Assembly: GCA_041674285.1 (NCBI GenBank)
Contig: JBAYVZ010000004.1
Coordinates: 21,913-85,912 of the forward strand
Source of the DNA: Minisyncoccota bacterium
GTDB lineage: Bacteria; Patescibacteriota; Minisyncoccia; Phycocordibacterales; UBA9973
DNA: 64,000 nucleotides
Direction: 5' to 3'
The first letter of the stretch is position 1. Each line of letters starts with the position of its first letter. The position numbers and the translations under genes are program-made. The notes under the pieces were generated by a model. The model was not told the DNA's origin. It saw nothing but the letters and a program-made list of their open reading frames with translations, and searched no databases. This document shows positions 63,787 to 64,000 of the stretch, one piece after another.

Positions 63787-64000
63787 TTAATTACTTTTTA
63801 AATTTTTCTTTTCGAGATATCTCTGTAGTATGAGTGCGGCGGCAGAGGCATCGGCGGGATTTTGTTTTTCTTTTGCTGTCTTACGGGCATTGTTCACCTC
63901 TTTGCCACCCCTACCCCGAGCCTCTATGGTAGTCATGAATTCTTTTTGTAGATAAACAGGAAGATCACACTCTATCTCTATATTCTTTACAAATGTTTCA
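63787..64000 (-). CDS. ruvX: YqgF/RuvX (RuvC-like) Holliday-junction-resolvase-like nuclease, C-terminal part (truncated by window edge)
   Basis: Minus-strand translation ...FVKNIEIECDLPVYLQKEFMTTIEARGRGGKEVNNARKTAKEKQNPADASAAALILQRYLEKKNLKSN* matches the YqgF C-terminus (DERLTTvEA...D..AA.ILQ.YL). Confidence 0.5.
   Translation of the reverse strand, partial: ETFVKNIEIECDLPVYLQKEFMTTIEARGRGGKEVNNARKTAKEKQNPADASAAALILQRYLEKKNLKSN

Noticed and set aside
1-64000. Alternative genetic code (UGA=Gly, as in Gracilibacteria/Absconditabacteria), suggested by the low GC and CPR-like gene content
   Set aside because: All conserved genes (recA, ftsK, pgk, tpiA, recJ, nrdJ, pilB) are full length under the standard code with no internal TGA-dependent continuation. 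The fusA break is a frame shift, not a TGA.

Overview
This 64 kb window looks like a compact, AT-rich (~36% GC) small-genome bacterium, probably CPR/Patescibacteria-like. All major genes are intact under the standard genetic code. Genes are densely packed, and most lie on the minus strand.

Housekeeping content, all read directly from the translations:
- Replication, repair and transcription: ftsK, recA, efp, secE-nusG-rplK, rnhA, recJ.
- Central metabolism: pgk-tpiA.
- Translation: the str operon rpsL-rpsG-fusA, plus rplS, an RluA-family pseudouridine synthase and four tRNAs (His, Leu, Val, Arg).
- DNA uptake: two type IV pilus loci (pilB-pilC-three pilins-large pilus protein, and pilMNO) and a ComEC-like channel.
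- Transport and envelope: a MacAB/HlyD-type ABC efflux set, a P1B-type ATPase, and an MFS transporter.
- Thiol-oxidoreductase genes: DsbB, VKOR and a Trx-like protein.
- Cobalamin theme: a class II (B12-dependent) ribonucleotide reductase next to a putative cobalamin-capture module (alpha/alpha-toroid surface protein, DUF4430, ECF-S-like membrane protein), with a PduO-type adenosyltransferase elsewhere.

The features I consider most novel:
1. A family of ~70-120 bp elements bounded by perfect 12-13 bp inverted repeats (CCCGTTAGAAGT ... ACTTCTAACGGG). They sit flush against start codons, and their stems show compensatory base changes between copies.
2. Three paralogous ~580-aa cysteine-rich proteins with zinc-ribbon ends and an internal duplication, two of them in tandem. 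This family is uncharacterised.
3. tRNA-Arg and tRNA-His loci surrounded by tRNA-fragment repeats.
4. fusA split by a 1-nt deletion.
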